Positions 25,021 to 39,171 of a stretch of DNA of 64,000 bases are shown here, piece by piece. Under the pieces are notes generated by a model that saw only the letters and a list, made by a program, of their open reading frames with translations, ran no database searches and was not told the DNA's origin. Location: contig CM068754.1 in NCBI GenBank assembly GCA_035084275.1, positions 10,044,001 to 10,108,000 of the forward strand, written 5' to 3'. The position numbers and the translations under genes were made by a program. Each line of letters opens with the position of its first letter. The stretch's first letter is position 1. This stretch comes from Hydrolagus colliei (taxonomy: Eukaryota).

Positions 25021-25250
25021 ACAACAACAAATTGTATTTATATAGCATCTTTCAGGGACAACGCGTCGACATCCCAAATTGACAGAATGTCATTGGTAGT
25101 TTTCATTAAGGCTGTCTCTGTATTACGGGCAGCATAGAAACCAGATTGGAGACGTTCATATGGGGAGTGGTGGGAGAAGAAAGAGTGAAGGTGGGAAACA
25201 ATGATCTTGTTCCAAGACCATGGAAACAAACAGAAGGTTGGAGATGGTAG
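25021..25250 (-). mobile_element. L2 reverse transcriptase fragment joined to a short L2 tail
   Basis: LQSGFYAARNTETALMKTTNDIL motif, with a tail at 25021-25053. Confidence 0.8.
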
Positions 25251-27630
25251 TTTCAGATGTGGGTACAGTATTTGGAATGATGTTGGTGTTGCCCATCATA
25301 TGTCTCTAAAGCTTGTAGTAGCTCTCGCGATATCAATAAGTGGCTTGGTAATTATAACTGCTGGCCAAATTAATCACCAATGTTAATAGTAAAGAAGAGT
25401 AGTAATTCTCACGAAATCCTATAAGGCTTCGCCATTGTTAAATGCTCTGAGATGCTACCCTGGGTGGAGGGTGCTATATAAGTGCAAGTTGTCCTTAAAA
25501 GGCAAAATAATCAGTTTCAGTATTCCTCAAAGCCTCTAATTGTCCAACAATATCAAATTCCAACTCTGTTTGCCAGCATGCAGGAAAAAAGTATCTTACT
25601 CCTGCACTTAATACAAGCTGAACTTGTATGGATTGGAAGTAGTGAGGCAATGCAGGAAGCAAGGGATTTTGAAGTTAGCATTGTAATTGTTGCTTTCAGT
25701 AATTGAACTCTGTAAACCAGTGATTCATTACTCTACTTGATTGTTAACGTCAGAACAGTTGCAACGCAATATATTCATACTCAATTACAGTTTGTTAGTG
25801 TCAAATCTAGTTGTGCGGGCTTCAGATTTTTATTAACTTAAACGGCATGATTCATGCAGCACTGAAAAACATTAATTTATTATGAATGAATTTAATGCTG
25901 ACAATTTTCAACTTTGGAAGTTTTGTTAAATGAAACTGAGATCAAGTACCTTTTTTATACTGAGCCACATTTTGAATAGATTTATTTTACAACATAGTCA
26001 CTTAACATTACAGTAAAATTGTGTGAAGACAATTCTGAACTGAAGTGAAAGTCAAATGTAAGGATTTGTTTTGGGATTTTACCCACTATTTGTGTTTAGG
26101 CACCTTTTAAAATAATAATTAAAAGATTGGCTTTTATGCTCTATGTGGAGCAGCTTCAACTATTGATTATTTTGATGACATACCTCATTGATGTTTAATC
26201 TCTCCATTTTGGTTCAGGACCCAAATGTTTCTCTGTAGCAAGACGCACAAATCAGAAAAAAGCCAAATGTAATAGAGAATAATAATAATGGTCAATAAGC
26301 AAAAAACAACAGCATGTGATGCCCCCCAATCTGTCATGTTATTTTGCAGCGTTTTCACAGATGTTTTGAACAAATTTTGGAAGAATGTAAATGCGTGTTC
26401 ATTCACCCACAAATATTGTTAGAGTAATGGCATTTTCTCGGTTTACACTACTATCTTGTATATACTTTGCTGCAGAAATCAGGGAAATGACACACTACAA
26501 TTGTTCCTTTGTGCACACTAATTGTTGTAATAAATTGCCTCCATTGTCTCCAGATCTTGAAGCGTTTGCAGCTATTAACATAGCAAATGCAACACAAGGA
26601 CATGCATTAAAATATCTATTACCCATTACTAAATATTGCTTGCAACTCTTTGTCTTTACAGATTATGATCTCTACAATGTGTGTCAAACTATGCTGCACA
26701 CAATTACCAATGAACAAATATGAGTAGGTATAAAGTGACTGTAAAGAGCATTAGACAATACAAATTAAAAGTTATTGCGAAGATCTGAACCTTATGAATA
26801 AAAATGTTTTTAACTTATAAGTCCATCTTTGAAATGGTAGAATGGTTAAATACCTTAGTTGTAATTTTCAATTTACCTTAGTTGCCTCTTTAGGTAACAT
26901 TGAGTATTGGCTGAGCAAGCCTATTTATATTTTGTCTGAAACCAGAGAATGATGTTGGATACCCTGGATTAATTTTTAATAAACACTTAAGTTTTAGTTA
27001 ATCTGGTATCTAGGCTCTTTTTTACCCACCTTTATAATTCCTGCAAATTTTAGCTATACTGTATGCTAATAAACTATATTCCACATCTGCTAACAAATAT
27101 CTCTAATGATGCTGCCATTTGTGCACATCACATGTTAGCCTGCAATCTTTTCAAAGCTAATTGAGGGAACTACTTAAAGCAGTTAATAAAGAAGATTGAG
27201 CATATTATTATGTTTCCTGGAGTATCAGTGAACAATATTAACTCCTTAAACCAGTTTGTATGATTGTATGTTCACTGTCTGAAATGAAAAAGTGATTGAT
27301 CCTTTTTATAAACCCTGACAGAACTTCATATTACTGGAACATTACTCGAGGTGCCAATGGCAGAGCTTCATGTTGATGTACTTCCTGAATTCTATTCCAG
27401 AATTTAAAGGCACTTTCTATATGACAGGTTGATATTTCTTCAAAGGTTTTGCATTATTTAGTCTCCTTCAGAGACAGAGTGAGTCATCAGCAGGACAAAG
27501 TACTGCTGCCTGGGCTGCGGAGATAGCATGACATGGAGACAAATGACATGTTTTACTTAAATGATTCATTCTTGAAGGGCACCATGAACTGATCACAATG
27601 TTAGAGTGGCCCTTATCCCATCTTGTGGGA

Positions 27631-27968
27631 TACCTGTAACATATTGGTTAGAGCAATCACTCGCAAGCGAGAGGACCCGTGTTCGATTCCCGGGCAAGGT
27701 GAAATGTTAGGCAAGTTTCCTTGCTCCACATGCCTCTGTTTACTATCAGTGAGTAGGAACTCAAGTGTTGGTCGATTGGCAGACTGCTTTTCCCGGGATA
27801 ATAATCCCCCCAAAACAAATAATAGTTTGGTCACTCAATCCACCATTTTTTGTTGGACACTGCTGTGCGCAATTGTCTACTACGTTTCATCCACAAAATA
27901 TACAGTCAATTCACTTTACCATATATTCTGTGAACCGCTTTTAGACGTTTCAAAGACGTGATATGGCG
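27631..27968 (+). mobile_element. tRNA-derived SINE, near full length
   Basis: tggttagagc, B-box gttcgattccc, conserved body and a partial tail. Carries ~50 bp of extra internal sequence. Confidence 0.85.
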
Positions 27969-28919
27969 AGAGGGCTTGTATTTTTTGAAGAAAGTTTCTC
28001 ATGGTGCTGCTGCATAGCAAAAGCTAAAATTATAGCCAGACATTTGTGCTGCTGCTTTTAATAAATTAGATACCGAGATACTTTTAGTGATGTTAAAGGC
28101 AGTTCTTTGAATTCAATGGAAACTTATTTATCTTCATAAATCGAATCAAAGGGCTGAGGAGTATTTCCATCTGTATCTATTCTCTGTGGGATGAGAGGTA
28201 TGAAGTAGATTTTAATGAAAGGAGGCACAAGAAGAAGCTATATAACCAACTGAGAATTCAGGTCATTTATGGGAATTGCATGCACAGATTAGACACTGCA
28301 TTTATCTCTATGAGTTACTAAGCTTCAAAGTGATTCTGTGGAGGGGGGAAAAAAAACTTTGCAATGCTTTGATGCAAGGCACAATATAAAATGTAACTGT
28401 TATTGATTTTATTACTTGTTTTCTGAATGTTGGATTCTGTATGGAAGGAAACATTACAAGAGGAAAAAAAAGCCAATTTAATTACAAGTACAACTATTGT
28501 GGTTCTGGAGACACCTGATTGGTTGTAAACATTTTCAAAGAACATTACTTTAATCCTGCTCATAGCAAGCACTTTCCATCTCATAATTGTAGATGATCTG
28601 CCTAATAGTTATAACAAAACTGTTAAATGTGTTTGAAGCACATCCATTCGTGGCACTCGCTACATCTCTTAGAATCTCGACACAGACAGTAAAAAAAGAT
28701 TAGATTACAAGAATAATAAATTACATTTGTACAGTGCCTTTTACATCCTTAAACATTCAACCAAACATTAAAAGGGGGAAACAGTTACAGGCAGGGAGGA
28801 AGAGACCTTGATAACCTGCACTCAAAAAAGCACTGTATAAACTGAGGTTCTTAATCCATTACTTCTGTCCAAAGTACGTTTGCGTACCTACTGTACTTTG
28901 ATCTTAAAAATCAGTAATT

Positions 28920-29225
28920 ATCTCCTTTGCTGTCCGAATGGGAATATGGGCCTTCGTGGGTATAGCAGCCTTTGCCAGACATATCGAGTGCAAGAGGAGA
29001 TTTGGGGAGCACAGAGGCCAGGGAAGATGTCATTGTCTTTTTGGATATCAGGCCAGCATCCATCCACACCTTTCCACCTGGAAGCTTGTCTGACAGCTGA
29101 TGAATCTCATTCAACCTTGACAAGTGAATCTCGAGTGACAGGAAGCCCTGGGATTTGAACCTATGACCTGAGTGTGAGCCGCGTACTCAATTGCTTGCAT
29201 TACCTAATTGAGCCTCAATCAGCAA
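28920..29225 (-). mobile_element. Ancient tRNA-headed SINE relic
   Basis: The reverse strand shows ggctcaattagg...ggttcaaatccc, a tRNA-like head, followed by a decayed body. Confidence 0.4.
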
Positions 29226-30614
29226 AGGTTACTCAGAATCCGTAATTTTGTGTTGTCTTATTTAGTTAAGTTATGAACCCCTTCTATGAATAGAAGTAAT
29301 TTGGAAGCAGTGGTATCATTTTTTTTCCAACAATTTATATGACATTTGTTCTGGTAAATTTATATTCCTTAAAAATTGGTATCCTCTGGTCTGTGTGCAC
29401 CCAGACTGAAATAGAAGCACAACTGTCAAGATGCTGTGATGAAACTGCAATGAAAGATTGGTGAATTGTCAACATTTCAGTTGTTATAGTTTGTGAAAGT
29501 CGCAGAGGGCTTGGCTCTGTAAGGGCTAACACCATTGCCCTGACTCTTGCTTTATTTTAAACCTCAGCCACATTTGACAATGACAAGCAGCGCAATAACT
29601 GCTAGGATTATGATGGACTATGTGTTAGTCTGTCTTAATTTGACATCTGCAAACGGCAGTTGCGACGTAGCAAAATCAAACACAAAATTAGCACAGTTTA
29701 GATTTGGCTTGCATTCATATTACTGTTAATTTTTACCTATTGCTGCAAAAATGATACAGTTATTAGAGTTTGTATAGTATGCAGGGAATACACATTTAAA
29801 CAGTCATATCACAATCAACTGCATTGTATAAACTATTGGGAACATTAATAAAATGGATTCTAAATAGAAATTATACAAATGCCAGAGAAAATTTCAGATT
29901 TTTTAGAAATACAATATAACTTGATGAAAAGATTGTTTTTGCACTTGCATTGAATGAAGCTTGGATCTGCATGTGTATACAATGCCAATACTGTTTGAAG
30001 AGCAATTGAGGCGCATACAGGATTTAGCATCTGGTTTTGAAACTTACAAAAAGCCAGGAATAATTATAATTTGGTGGGGGATCTGGAGGTCAGAATTAAT
30101 ATATTCGCAGAGATCCATTTCCAATTGCTGGATGTGAATGTATAATTTAGGGAACTTCAGCTCATTGTTGGCCTTAACTACGAAGATGAACAGTGTGTTC
30201 ATTCATCTTTACACCATCATGGGTTGGATGTGATCTCTGTCTCATCGCCCCCCCCCCCCCCCCTCCTCCTCCCCACCCTAAAAAAAACAATCCTGGAGAC
30301 AGTCGCCATTCGATGGTCCTATCTGGCCCAAGAGTAGGAAGCTTCCCAGTATGTTGCCATGCAGGTTTAGCTGACATAACTCAAACACAACCCCAATACA
30401 TATCTATGGATCCCAAGCCTTGGGTCCTGTGGACCCAAGGCTTGGGATGCAGGATTACATAAATAGGGGGGAAGGAAGAGTGAAAGTACTCCATACCTGA
30501 TTAATGGAAACTATACTGAATTACTGTGAGCAATTTAACTCTTAAGCTTGGTGATTGGGTCTTGGTGATTGTCCAATGACCCCAAAAAAATCCATCACAG
30601 CAATATATTTATTT

Positions 30615-30790
30615 TAATAATAATAATTCTTGCATTTGATATAGCACCATATCATGTCTTCGAGACATCTCAAAGCGCTTCACAGAATTCACTGCAAGAT
30701 TTATTGACTGGATGTTGTGGGTGAAACGTGGCAGCCAATCGCATACAGCAGTGTCTCACAAACAGTCGTGGATTGAGTGATCAAATTCTT
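30615..30790 (-). mobile_element. SINE 3'-half fragment
   Basis: Reverse complement of the shared tail. Confidence 0.85.
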
Positions 30791-31659
30791 ATTAATTTTT
30801 AAATGGAAAATAATTTGTGCCTACATAATTTTCTTGTCTACATGTTCAGTACATTGAATTTTAAATGGCCTCTAAAATTGTAAATCAGTCCCTCAAAGCT
30901 TCACCAAAAAAAATGACGACTGAGCCATAAAATAATCCTACTCTTAAATGCGGGTATTAATTGAATTCCTACAGCAGTTAGTGAATATCAGTTTGTTGGA
31001 ACTGAAATTTCAGCATAAAAGTTAAAACGTTTATAAAAATGCTAATGCATCTCTTGTCACCACTTCCAGCACCAAGACATCAAATAATAAAATCTTATTT
31101 AGAATTCATTAACCTTTAGAGCATTTTATTTTGTGTTTTATGCTCCAGCCAATTGGCGTTATTCCCAATGTCATGTAGTGCTTGCTGCACATACATTTAC
31201 AATCGGATGTATTTGTAGGACTTTTACACCGAAAATGATCTCTCTACAATTTTTGTTAACAACATTCTGATTTGTCAATATATCAGCCAACAAATTATTG
31301 TTTCCACTTGCAGAGATTCTGATAGCAGAGCACTGTCACTAGTTACATTTATCTCTCATATTGGAATACATTGTTCATTGTCGCTTTGAATAGATTTGTG
31401 TTGTTCGTGTTGTCACAATTTCATTCTGGAACTGATTTTGATATCATATATTCACCCAAGCCAATTTTCAAATAGCTTCTAATATCACAAAAACCTGTGT
31501 CAATTTTTTTAAAACTGAAAATGTGAATGATTGTTATTCACTCAGTTGGAGCTGCATAGGTGAAATACACCTCAGAGAGAGTTTGAAAACACAATTACAA
31601 TATCTTCATTGGATGTGGATGTTCAGTTTGCTGATCAAAAAAAAAAGTAGTATTCGATC

Positions 31660-31890
31660 TCTGTTGGTGTGCGGTGAATGCATTGTCTGAAAGGATAGTG
31701 GAAGCTGATTCAATAACAACAACAAAATAACAACTTTTAAGAGAGAAATAAACGGTTGTTTGGGGAGGAGGTTTGCAAGGCTATGGGGAGAGAGAGGGAG
31801 AGTGGGATTGATTTGGACAGTGCTAGTCAATGAGCCAGAACAGACACAATGGTTGAATGTCCTCCTTCTGTTCTGTATAATTCTATGATT
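31660..31890 (+). mobile_element. CR1 3'-end fragment
   Basis: Aligns to the 3' ends of the two larger CR1 copies and ends in attctatgatt. Confidence 0.85.
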
Positions 31891-33939
31891 TCAATATAAC
31901 TGGTAAAAAGTACTCAATGCAATGATAGGCAATTCAAGTTTTCTTTAAAGTGCAAAGCATTTTGTTTCTGAACAACTCAAAAGATTTTAAAATGAATGTT
32001 TTAATGCTGTAATCTTATTGCATAATAATTATTTTATAACTTTTCATGAACCATCAGAAGGTGATTTAACGCGAAACTGGGAATTTGCTATTGGTGTTTC
32101 CTATAAACTCTATTTGATGTTTCTAAAGCTAAGTTAAATATTTGTTCTTTTATGCCTATAATTGCAAGAGAACGACAGGAATTGATACACTAATTCTGTT
32201 CTCGATTGTTCCTTGAATGGATTAGCTAAAAGATCTCTATGTTTTCTGTGGAACAATTCTACATCGTGTTAGCGATCATTCATTTAGTATTCTACATATT
32301 TGCTGGATATCTACTCTCGTGTAATCATGGTTTATTAAAACAGTTTGCAAATGAGTACTACTTGTGAAATAATTTGCACCTCAAGTGTTTAGCCAGTTTA
32401 TAACTTCGGAAGCTTGCTAATTTGCAAACAAAAAGTGCATCTACTTGTGAATATTTTTTTAATTGCCTGTTGGTGAATTTTGGTGATGTCTTTCTGAAAA
32501 TGCACAATGCCTTATAAAAAGCTTCATAATCATAAATCCCCCTCTCAATATTTTGTGGATTTTAGTCAGTATTTTTGTAACTGGTTTCAGCAGAAAATTA
32601 GGCTTGCAGTGAAAGGATATGGAAGCTTTTTTGTTTCGTTATTGTCCAGTAATAAAGCTATTCCTTTACCGTTATTTTTCAAATTATGTGCTTTTCTATT
32701 GTTTTGTTAATGGTTGCCATTGACGACTGGAACATTCCTTTTCTCCAACCAGTAATTGATTGAATCATAAATGTACAGGCTCTCACAGTAGCTTTTGGAG
32801 TTTGCTATTCATAGATGCCCAGTTATTACGTCAAACTAAAGAGGCGCCATGCTGTATTCAACAGAAATTCAGCAGAGCAGCTTATCAACATTATTTAAAT
32901 ATTTGAAGAAAAGCTGGACAAGAGGGATATTTTTTCACGACTTCAAATTCACAAATATCTGTTATTATTCCAATGCTTCTCCATGGTTATATGATGATAA
33001 GAATGTTAACCAAATATTTACAGCCTTCCTGATATTAAAGCAAACTTTTGTTTTGTTAATTCCCTTTCATTACTGCAACCTCTTTCCATAAGTGTTGGAG
33101 TACATGACATATTTGACTTGGGTGTCCAACTGTACCCTGCTGTTATGTACAACTGAACCAGAATATGAATGTTCAACTTAGAATTCGCTGATATCATAAA
33201 AGCTTTAAATGGTTGTGCTACACAATGCCTTTTTTGGTGTTGATAGAAATGTTTGTATTTACATTCATTTTAGTACTGCAACATTGAAATTGAAGAAAAA
33301 CCATGGGCCACCAAATGTCCTACCAAATAAATCCGTGATAAGTTAAAAACAAGCAGTGCCTGTCTTTTGTCTGATTATTGTAATACTTATTCTGCACTTC
33401 TGAACACTCCATTAAGGCAGAAAACTGAAGACAGCAACGATTCAGTTGGAAATGTACATCATATGTTAAGAGCATAATACTGTAAGAAGTGAGTTACCAG
33501 CATATTTTGTCCGGTTAAGTATTTTCCAGCTATGAGCAAATGGGTAGTGCTGAAAACATCTGAGTTAGGTGAGATTTCAAAAGCAGATGATTATGTTAGT
33601 AAGATACTGGTTCAATCGGAGCATAACAAAAGCACGATTGCAAATTAGACTTGTGGTCTTACAAGCAAATGTAAAAAAAAAAGGCAATTCTGCAATTATC
33701 TTTGCCCCTATCACCTGTTTCAATGTAAATGACATTTGTGAAACTTAATTTTGCATTTGCATTAGATTTTCTGAATTGTGTTTACGGGTTGTTTGTAGAT
33801 TGGGAATTCCGAGCCTGCGATTATACTTATTACAGTTGAGCTGCAGATAGGCTTTTTCAATTTAGTGCTGGAATTTAAATTGATTCTTTTAGAGTCAGAT
33901 TTTACTCATTGAATTGGATATCAACCAGAGTCCATCTTA

Positions 33940-34267
33940 CAACAATAACAACAACAAAATTACACTTGTACAGCGCCTTTCACGTCGGGAGGATGTCCCA
34001 AGGTGCTGGACAGTCATTGTTTCAGAGTCGAGCTGGGGTCAGGAACGGGGAGGGTGGAGGGAAAGGGGGGGATTTGGGTGACCAATGGAACCGTCAAAGA
34101 GGAGGGTCTTGAGGCTGGATTTGAAGGAGGCCAGCGAGTGGATGTGGTGGAGAGATTGCAGGATGGAGTTCCAGAGGTTGGGGGAAAAGTGGCTGAAGCT
34201 TTGCCCACCAATGGTGGGGCTGGTGGGTCAGGGATCGTGGAGCCTGCTGAGCGGAGGAGGCTTCACT
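33940..34267 (-). mobile_element. L2 3' fragment
   Basis: Same subfamily as 13369-13754, with an L2 tail. Confidence 0.9.
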
Positions 34268-34419
34268 GATAACAACAAAATTACACTTGTATAAGCGCCC
34301 TTCAGATAATGTCTAGTTCTTGTGTTAATTCGTTTTTAAAGCACAATGGAGGGGTGGGTGAAAAAGCATATTTGAAAATGAAAGTTTGCCACTCACTGAG
34401 ACAAAAATAAAAAAAATGT

Positions 34420-34588
34420 GATCACTCAGTCCTTTGTTTGTGGGACACTGCTGTGCGGGGTTGGCTACCGTGTTTCTCCCACAAAATATACAGACAATTC
34501 ACTTCACAGTATATTCTGTGAAAGGCTTTGAGACCTCTCAAAGACATGATAAAAAAACGATATCAAATGCAAGGATTATTATTATTAT
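34420..34588 (+). mobile_element. SINE 3'-half fragment
   Basis: Shared tail ending tatcaaatgcaaggattattattatt. Confidence 0.85.
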
Positions 34589-36749
34589 CTCACCATTCCT
34601 TGAACTATTGTTGGAAAAGATTAGAGATCTGCGTTTTCAGAGGTTATCTGCGCTCCATTGGTCACTGTCTGAAGGAAGTGGGGAGAACAAAATTGCCCAA
34701 ATGTTTCCATTCATCCATTCAGTCAGGATTCAGTTGGGACCTGAGAAGATCCATAGTTTAAATGGCATCAATGAGACGATTGAAAAGAGAATTCATTTGG
34801 TGGCACAGAAATGCTAAGGATGGGTGGAGCGGATCCACGAGCCTCATCTCACTGTAATGCAACAGGCTCCAAAGGTTAATATTACGCATAAATCTTATTA
34901 ATGTACAGGTATGTATTCTGATATGTTTGAGATATGAATCTCAACTCTGTTGATACTTTATACCATTGTGTAAAAACAACTTGCATTTACACAGTGCCCC
35001 TTCATGCAGGGTAGTGTCCCAAAGCATTGTGAAGAAACTGGACCACAAAAAACTGAAGAGCACAATCATAATTCACTGAGAATGAGCTGGTGCCTGTCTG
35101 TTTTCTGTAATCCTGTTTACAGTAAATAAGACCTAAAAAGGATGGAGCCTACTCACAGTACCTTGTCAATAGCAAAGCCTTGAACAGAAACATAAAATAA
35201 AGTACTGATGTACCTGTTTTAATCTGAACCTTTCTTGTGGTTTTGTGATAGCCCCAAGTATAATAAATCTGCCAAATTGCATTTCCAACCAGACATGACA
35301 ATCGTTTAACAATGTAGTGGTAACATTTAAGAATGAATCTCTAGATGAACAACCAGCAACTTTAAATAGTGAGCAATTGCTTTACACATGCCCCACAAAA
35401 TCTAATTCAGAAACATCTTATTTGAAAAGACCAATAAATGCCTCAGAAAGATTTTTAAAAATCAGTGAGTAAATTGAAACTTTATATTAATATGTAAATA
35501 ATCATGAATCCATCAGATCTGTGTGTGTGACCTGTTTCCTTGGCCATTGACCTTGGTAGATCCCATTATTACACTCACCCCGCCACTCTCTTTCTCAGTC
35601 ACTGTTGCTTTCATCTCCGTATTGAGCTCTCCTGTGGCAACTTTCTTGTAGATTTCTATCAGTTTTTCATTAACCTAGTGGATGGATATTACTTTTCCAT
35701 TAGTATGAGTGATGGGTTAACATGGTATCTATTTCTGTTAGTCATTTCTGTATTACTCAATTCATCTATTACATCTTTTTATAGTGGCAAGCAGATGTTT
35801 ATTTTTTTCCCCTCTGGTCAATTTGCAAGTTAAGTGTTAAATAATGATGGGTTAGTGTGTAGTATCAATATGAATCTCCTGCTTATTGATCCGTGGGTTT
35901 TGGAGCTATGGCTGAATTTCTGAACCATTTTCTTTGCTATTAAAAAGATTGATCAGTGACTAATTGCTAAGGAATGAAACAATACAGCATAGAAAATACA
36001 TTTCAGCTTCTTGTTGCAATCTTCCTTCCACCAAAGTTTAGAAAATTGCAAATACTTTTCCAATATTGTGTGCCTTTTCTTTTTCGAGGTCCATAAAATT
36101 GTTTTATTTCTACTGATTTACACAGTAGAACACTTACAAACGTGTATTTTAAATGACATTATAGTGACAAAATATAGGTTCATATGCTTTTAAACTCTTT
36201 GCTGTCTAACAATATACTGTACTGCAAATACTCACCAGATATACATAGGTGTAAAGACAACAGCAACATACTCGCAAATAGCCCTTGAAACATTTTGAGA
36301 TTACAATCTGAAGTCTGGATAAAAATGTTCAATTATAAACAAGGCATTTGGGGAAAAGAAGTAACACAGAAGTAATACAGAAAAAGATACAGAATTGCAG
36401 CTGTCTGGGAAGAACATCTTGTTAAACAAGTCATGAAATGAAACATGACCAATTTGTGAGGATTACAGTCCATTGTACTCATTGTGAACAAGCATTTTTT
36501 TTCCCTAACCAGAGGCACAGTATCCAGTGGAGTATTTCTTTTGTCTTTTCAATGGGAGAATACTTCTGGTAAGTAGATCGATATCTACCTGACTGTTCTG
36601 TCAAACAACAGGCAGATTGTTACTGAGAATAGGCCTGTTCAGAACATGATCCACAACAAGTATAGGTTTGCAACCTTTTGTGATGAGTATATTGATGAAT
36701 ACCATTTTAGTATTTTCATGTTGGGTGTACAAATATTGGATCAAAATAA

Positions 36750-36915
36750 TAATTTGGTGACTCAATCCATGACTATTTGTGGAACACTGCCGTGCACAAT
36801 TGGCTGCCGTATTTCACCCATAAAATATATACTGTACAGTATATTCTGTGAAGAGCTTTGAGGTGTCTTTAAGATGTGATAAGACACAATATCAACTGTA
36901 AGGTTTTTGTTATTT
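36750..36915 (+). mobile_element. SINE 3'-half fragment, older copy
   Basis: Diverged copy of the shared tail. Confidence 0.75.
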
Positions 36916-39171
36916 GTCCTCTTTTTTTTTCCTTTTTACTAATAATCGTTTCATTCATTCACGGAATACCTGTCTGAAGGAAAGATAAAGAAAGGAGGTG
37001 CCTCACTTTAAGAACATTTACGAAAGGTTAATTTATTATTATATGAATTACCTAAAATGAGAGAACCTAGGTGATTAAGCTTCAATTTGTAGCTAGTGTT
37101 AAATTCAGTCCCCTTTCCATCACAAGTTAAATGAGAAACATTTAGACCTTACCAAATAGAACCAAGAGTAAATATTTCCTAGGAAATTATTGCTAATGGG
37201 AACATTTTTAAAATGACAGGCAGTGAAAGCCTAAGTGCAGGAAGGAAGTGCATTGTTTATTGTCACACATGCTTCCATTGCACTTTGAACACTTACTGAA
37301 CCTTTTTTTTATTCAGAGGCAATCAGCAGCAGCATCTGAAATGATGAGTAGGCTATGCTAATCCATCTCCTCTTACACCTTACTGACGTCAGGCACATTG
37401 ATTTCAGCCAAAAGGTACCATTAGTACTTCTTCCACCCTTGCTCTTTTCCACAATGTCATAGCATCTCTGTAAACAGGGTAATCCAACAGCATAGCAACA
37501 AGTATTGCCAGTTTCACAATGGCTGTGTCTATTTATGCCGATAGATTATTGAGACTGGATTCAAAATAGCCATCCATCAAAAATGGCACCATGCCACTAG
37601 TCCAAATGCGACTTCATACCAATGATCATAGTACAGTTTTCAAAGCTTTAATCTCCCTGAACTTTTTGTAGTTCTGTTTCCCAAAATGTTTTTGTTTTGC
37701 AGTTTGAATGAGATCGCTGCAGTGCTGAATTGCACCATAGTGGACAACTGTTCCATTAATATTTTCCATGGTTACAGTTAATATTCACCATGGCAACAGT
37801 ACAATATCACATAACTAGCAGGGAAGTCTCTGCCTTCAGTCAATATTCATATTTAAAGTACATGCAGTTCCTAATTTTGTAATTGAGTCTTCTCCACATG
37901 CTTTTTATTTTTCATTGTTTACTTTGTTTCACTGAAGCTTTTATTGTCATTAAGTTTTGTCTCAAATGTTTGTCACAGAATACTTTCCATTCTGGGGGAG
38001 AAAGGATTAGGAAAATCACACAGATTGAAAGAATACTGCAAGTCAAGTTGTTCCCTAATGCAACATAAAACCATGACCCTAAAGAGACTGAGATTCTGTG
38101 AGAGGGTTGCCTTTCGAATGGAGGGCCAGTCTGCAACCAATTCTCAGCCTCTGAACTCCTTACATGAAAGGCATGCGATAAATGCAAGTTGTTGTTGTTG
38201 GTCCCAGTCAGCAGCTGGCTTTCTTGGGGTCTAATTCGCAAGGTGGGTTAACTATGTGCAAACACGAGTGTACAGAGGGAATTACATTTGCTCTTAATTA
38301 TTAAATTAACAAAATTGGATGTAATGCTGTGATCCATTATTTGTTGGCCAGTACATATTCTAAGAGCTCCTATCTGCATTTGTCCATGATCAACTGACCT
38401 AATCCACCGAGTTTGCATTGCATATGGTGGTGTGGGGGGGGGGGGAGGGTGGGTGGGGGTGGGGGGACGACGACGACATTCAAGTGTAGTGAAATGCATT
38501 GTTCACCTTGAAAAACTGCATTCTCAATGCATCGCACAGTAGTCGTCCAATTCAAAGATCTTTCAATATTGTGTGTTTCCCTTAAAATGCATTGCAAATC
38601 TGGCCTGAAACTATCTATATACTTTGTAGAGATAATCATCATGCTGAGACTGACAGGTTTCTACAGTCGAATTCAAATAATTATTTTTAAAAAGTATAAT
38701 TAAGCGAACAAGCCATTGCGTTTTGTGACAAGAGACAATAGTTTGCATTGATCTGTGTTCTCCACCATAGTATTTTAAGCAACAGGAAGATTAGCACTCA
38801 CATTTTTGCTGGATGTAGCCAATAATTTTGGTGATGAGATAAACTGACACATTTACAAACTAGCAGGGGATAATAGTTTGCATGGTGCAATTGAAACAGA
38901 CCTGAGAGGATATCAATGGGTTAGTTATTCCATTATTTGAGGCAGATGTAACAAAATGTTTTAAATGTCCGATCTAAAATTCCAGTTTAAATGTTGATGG
39001 TGTCATTAGTCTATGCCATTTGCAACTGTTTTCAAGTAATCATCTTGCTTTGTTATTCCTTTGCAGTATAAATGCAAACTAGCACAAGGATTGCCTTGCT
39101 AGTTGCTTCAGGCTTCATCCCAATTCAGTATTTTATCAATTGATAAGTGATGACCAAGTGATATATCGACA

